Assembly: GCA_951406725.2 (NCBI GenBank)
Contig: OX597843.1
Span: 19,282,001-19,346,000 of the forward strand
DNA from: Octopus vulgaris
Taxonomy: Eukaryota
Length of the DNA stretch: 64,000 nucleotides
Direction: 5' to 3'
Shown: positions 62,659-64,000 of the stretch, piece after piece
Position numbering within the stretch: the stretch's first letter is position 1
How the letters are laid out: each line of letters opens with the position of its first letter
Program-made: the position numbers and the translations under genes
Notes under the pieces: generated by a model
Told to the model about the DNA's origin: nothing
Seen by the model: the letters and a program-made list of their open reading frames with translations, nothing else
Database searches by the model: none

Positions 62659-62819
62659 GGCTTCTTCCAGTTTCCTGTCTACCAAATCCACTCACAAGGC
62701 CTTGGTCGGTCCAAGGCTATAGTAGAAGACACTTGCCCAAGGTACCACACAGTGGGACTGAACCCGAAACCATGTGGTTGGTAAGCTATCTTCTTACTAT
62801 ACAGCCACACCAAGTAACA

Positions 62820-63170
62820 TGGTAGTGGAAGAATGAAGTGGACAGGGCCATCAGGGGAAACAAACAGGCATGGAAGGACACTGGAAGTGTGGTGGTAGCA
62901 GGGAACCCAATCAGGGGAGCTAAGAGACAGGTTTACTTAGCGAGAGGGGATAAGAAGAAATTTGCCAATGTTCTGCGTCGTGAGACTTGAAGTGTTTTGA
63001 ATTGCAAGACTGTATGAGAGACAATGCGTTCACATGAATGATGGCTCAATTGCATTTAATGATGCTGCAAAGGGAGACACCACTACGGAAAGGGTGCTAA
63101 ATGAAGAGAATGGATGGGAGGAAGAGAGTCTGCCAAATGTCAACCGACTGACGGAAAGTTGGTGAATAAA
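62820..63170 (+). mobile_element. Decayed RTE LINE internal fragment
   Basis: Similar to the segment at ~20095-20470. Confidence 0.55.
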
Positions 63171-63332
63171 AGACAGGATGGTCATAGCTGGACAACTGTT
63201 TTATCCTAGGTCTGCTAGATTAGGAGCAACCTAGGGCTAAACATCGAGGGCAAATCAGATAACAACAAGGAAGGACACATTTGATAATGTAGTCCTAGAT
63301 ACACAATGTGTGAAAAAAGATTTTTAATTTAC

Positions 63333-63866
63333 CTTTTTGAAACTTCTGTCCCTTGGTGGTGGTTGTATCTTTCACTGGTTTATTGGCCAAGATATGGAGT
63401 GACACACGGACAATATGACTGGCGTAGACATCGGTGATGAATGTCTCAATGTTGTCATCAAGGAACTCACAGAACTGTAGAAACGATTCCCGTGCTGACG
63501 CCGATCCCTTTTTCGACCCTGCCTTCTTCTTGCACTTCCTCTTTCCACCATCACCATCGTCATCGTCGTCATCACTGACAACGTTGTCTTCTGCGTTACC
63601 CTTGATCTCCTCTTCGTCATGGAGCTCTGCTGGGTCGGCATCGAATGTGGAAGGCAACAGTAGGAGGGTTTTGTGCATGATGTGGCTCGTGCAGCGGTCG
63701 GTGCAGAACTCCATCCGATTCGAGCAGATCATCTGCCACATATAAAACAGGTGCTTTGGTTCAGCATTCTTCAAGAATGTCTCTACATAGTGACTGGCAG
63801 TTTGGTTCTGACACACAGGGACCACCTCCGTCTTCAGCTGGCGGAGAACGTTGAGCAAAAAAATAC
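63333..63866 (-). CDS. NOP9: NOP9 exon (N-terminal Pumilio repeats with acidic/basic insert); upstream exon(s) lie outside the window
   Basis: CQNQTASHYVE, CTDRCTSHIM, FITDVYASHIVRVSL are Puf-like S-H-x-x motifs; TTTTTAG / GTAAAT; 534 nt, phase 1 to 1. Confidence 0.9.
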
Positions 63867-64000
63867 CTAAAAAGACAAGATTATTTACAGGATTATACAC
63901 ACACATATCATTTAACATCCGTTTTCCATGCTGGCATGGCTTGGATGGTTTGACAGGGGACCGGCTAGACAGAAGACTGCACCAGACTTGTTGGTCTTTT

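Overview
Eukaryotic, repeat-dense, intron-rich DNA. The SINE/LINE repertoire suggests an octopus or other coleoid cephalopod (inference). The main gene is a minus-strand NOP9 (Pumilio-repeat nucleolar protein) homologue. I could splice 9 GT-AG coding exons with consistent phases between 63866 and 25893; its 5' end lies beyond the window. A second, unidentified minus-strand gene probably has an ATG-bearing exon at 2419-2521. The rest is mobile DNA: a young, 5'-truncated CR1/L2-type LINE (2651-6455), RTE LINE fragments, a rearranged Penelope-like GIY-YIG remnant, six non-autonomous Helitrons, a mariner derivative, MITEs, several tRNA-derived SINE families, TE-born satellites and long foldback palindromes. 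The most notable signals are: (i) a slippery G_GGA_AAC heptamer at the LINE ORF1 stop, leading into an AUG-less -1-frame ORF2 with a downstream 15-bp stem (candidate programmed frameshift); (ii) a well-formed type I hammerhead ribozyme at 45376-45468, plus several degenerate ones; (iii) satellites visibly arising from Helitron ends and MITE interiors. All calls were made by eye, with no database searches.
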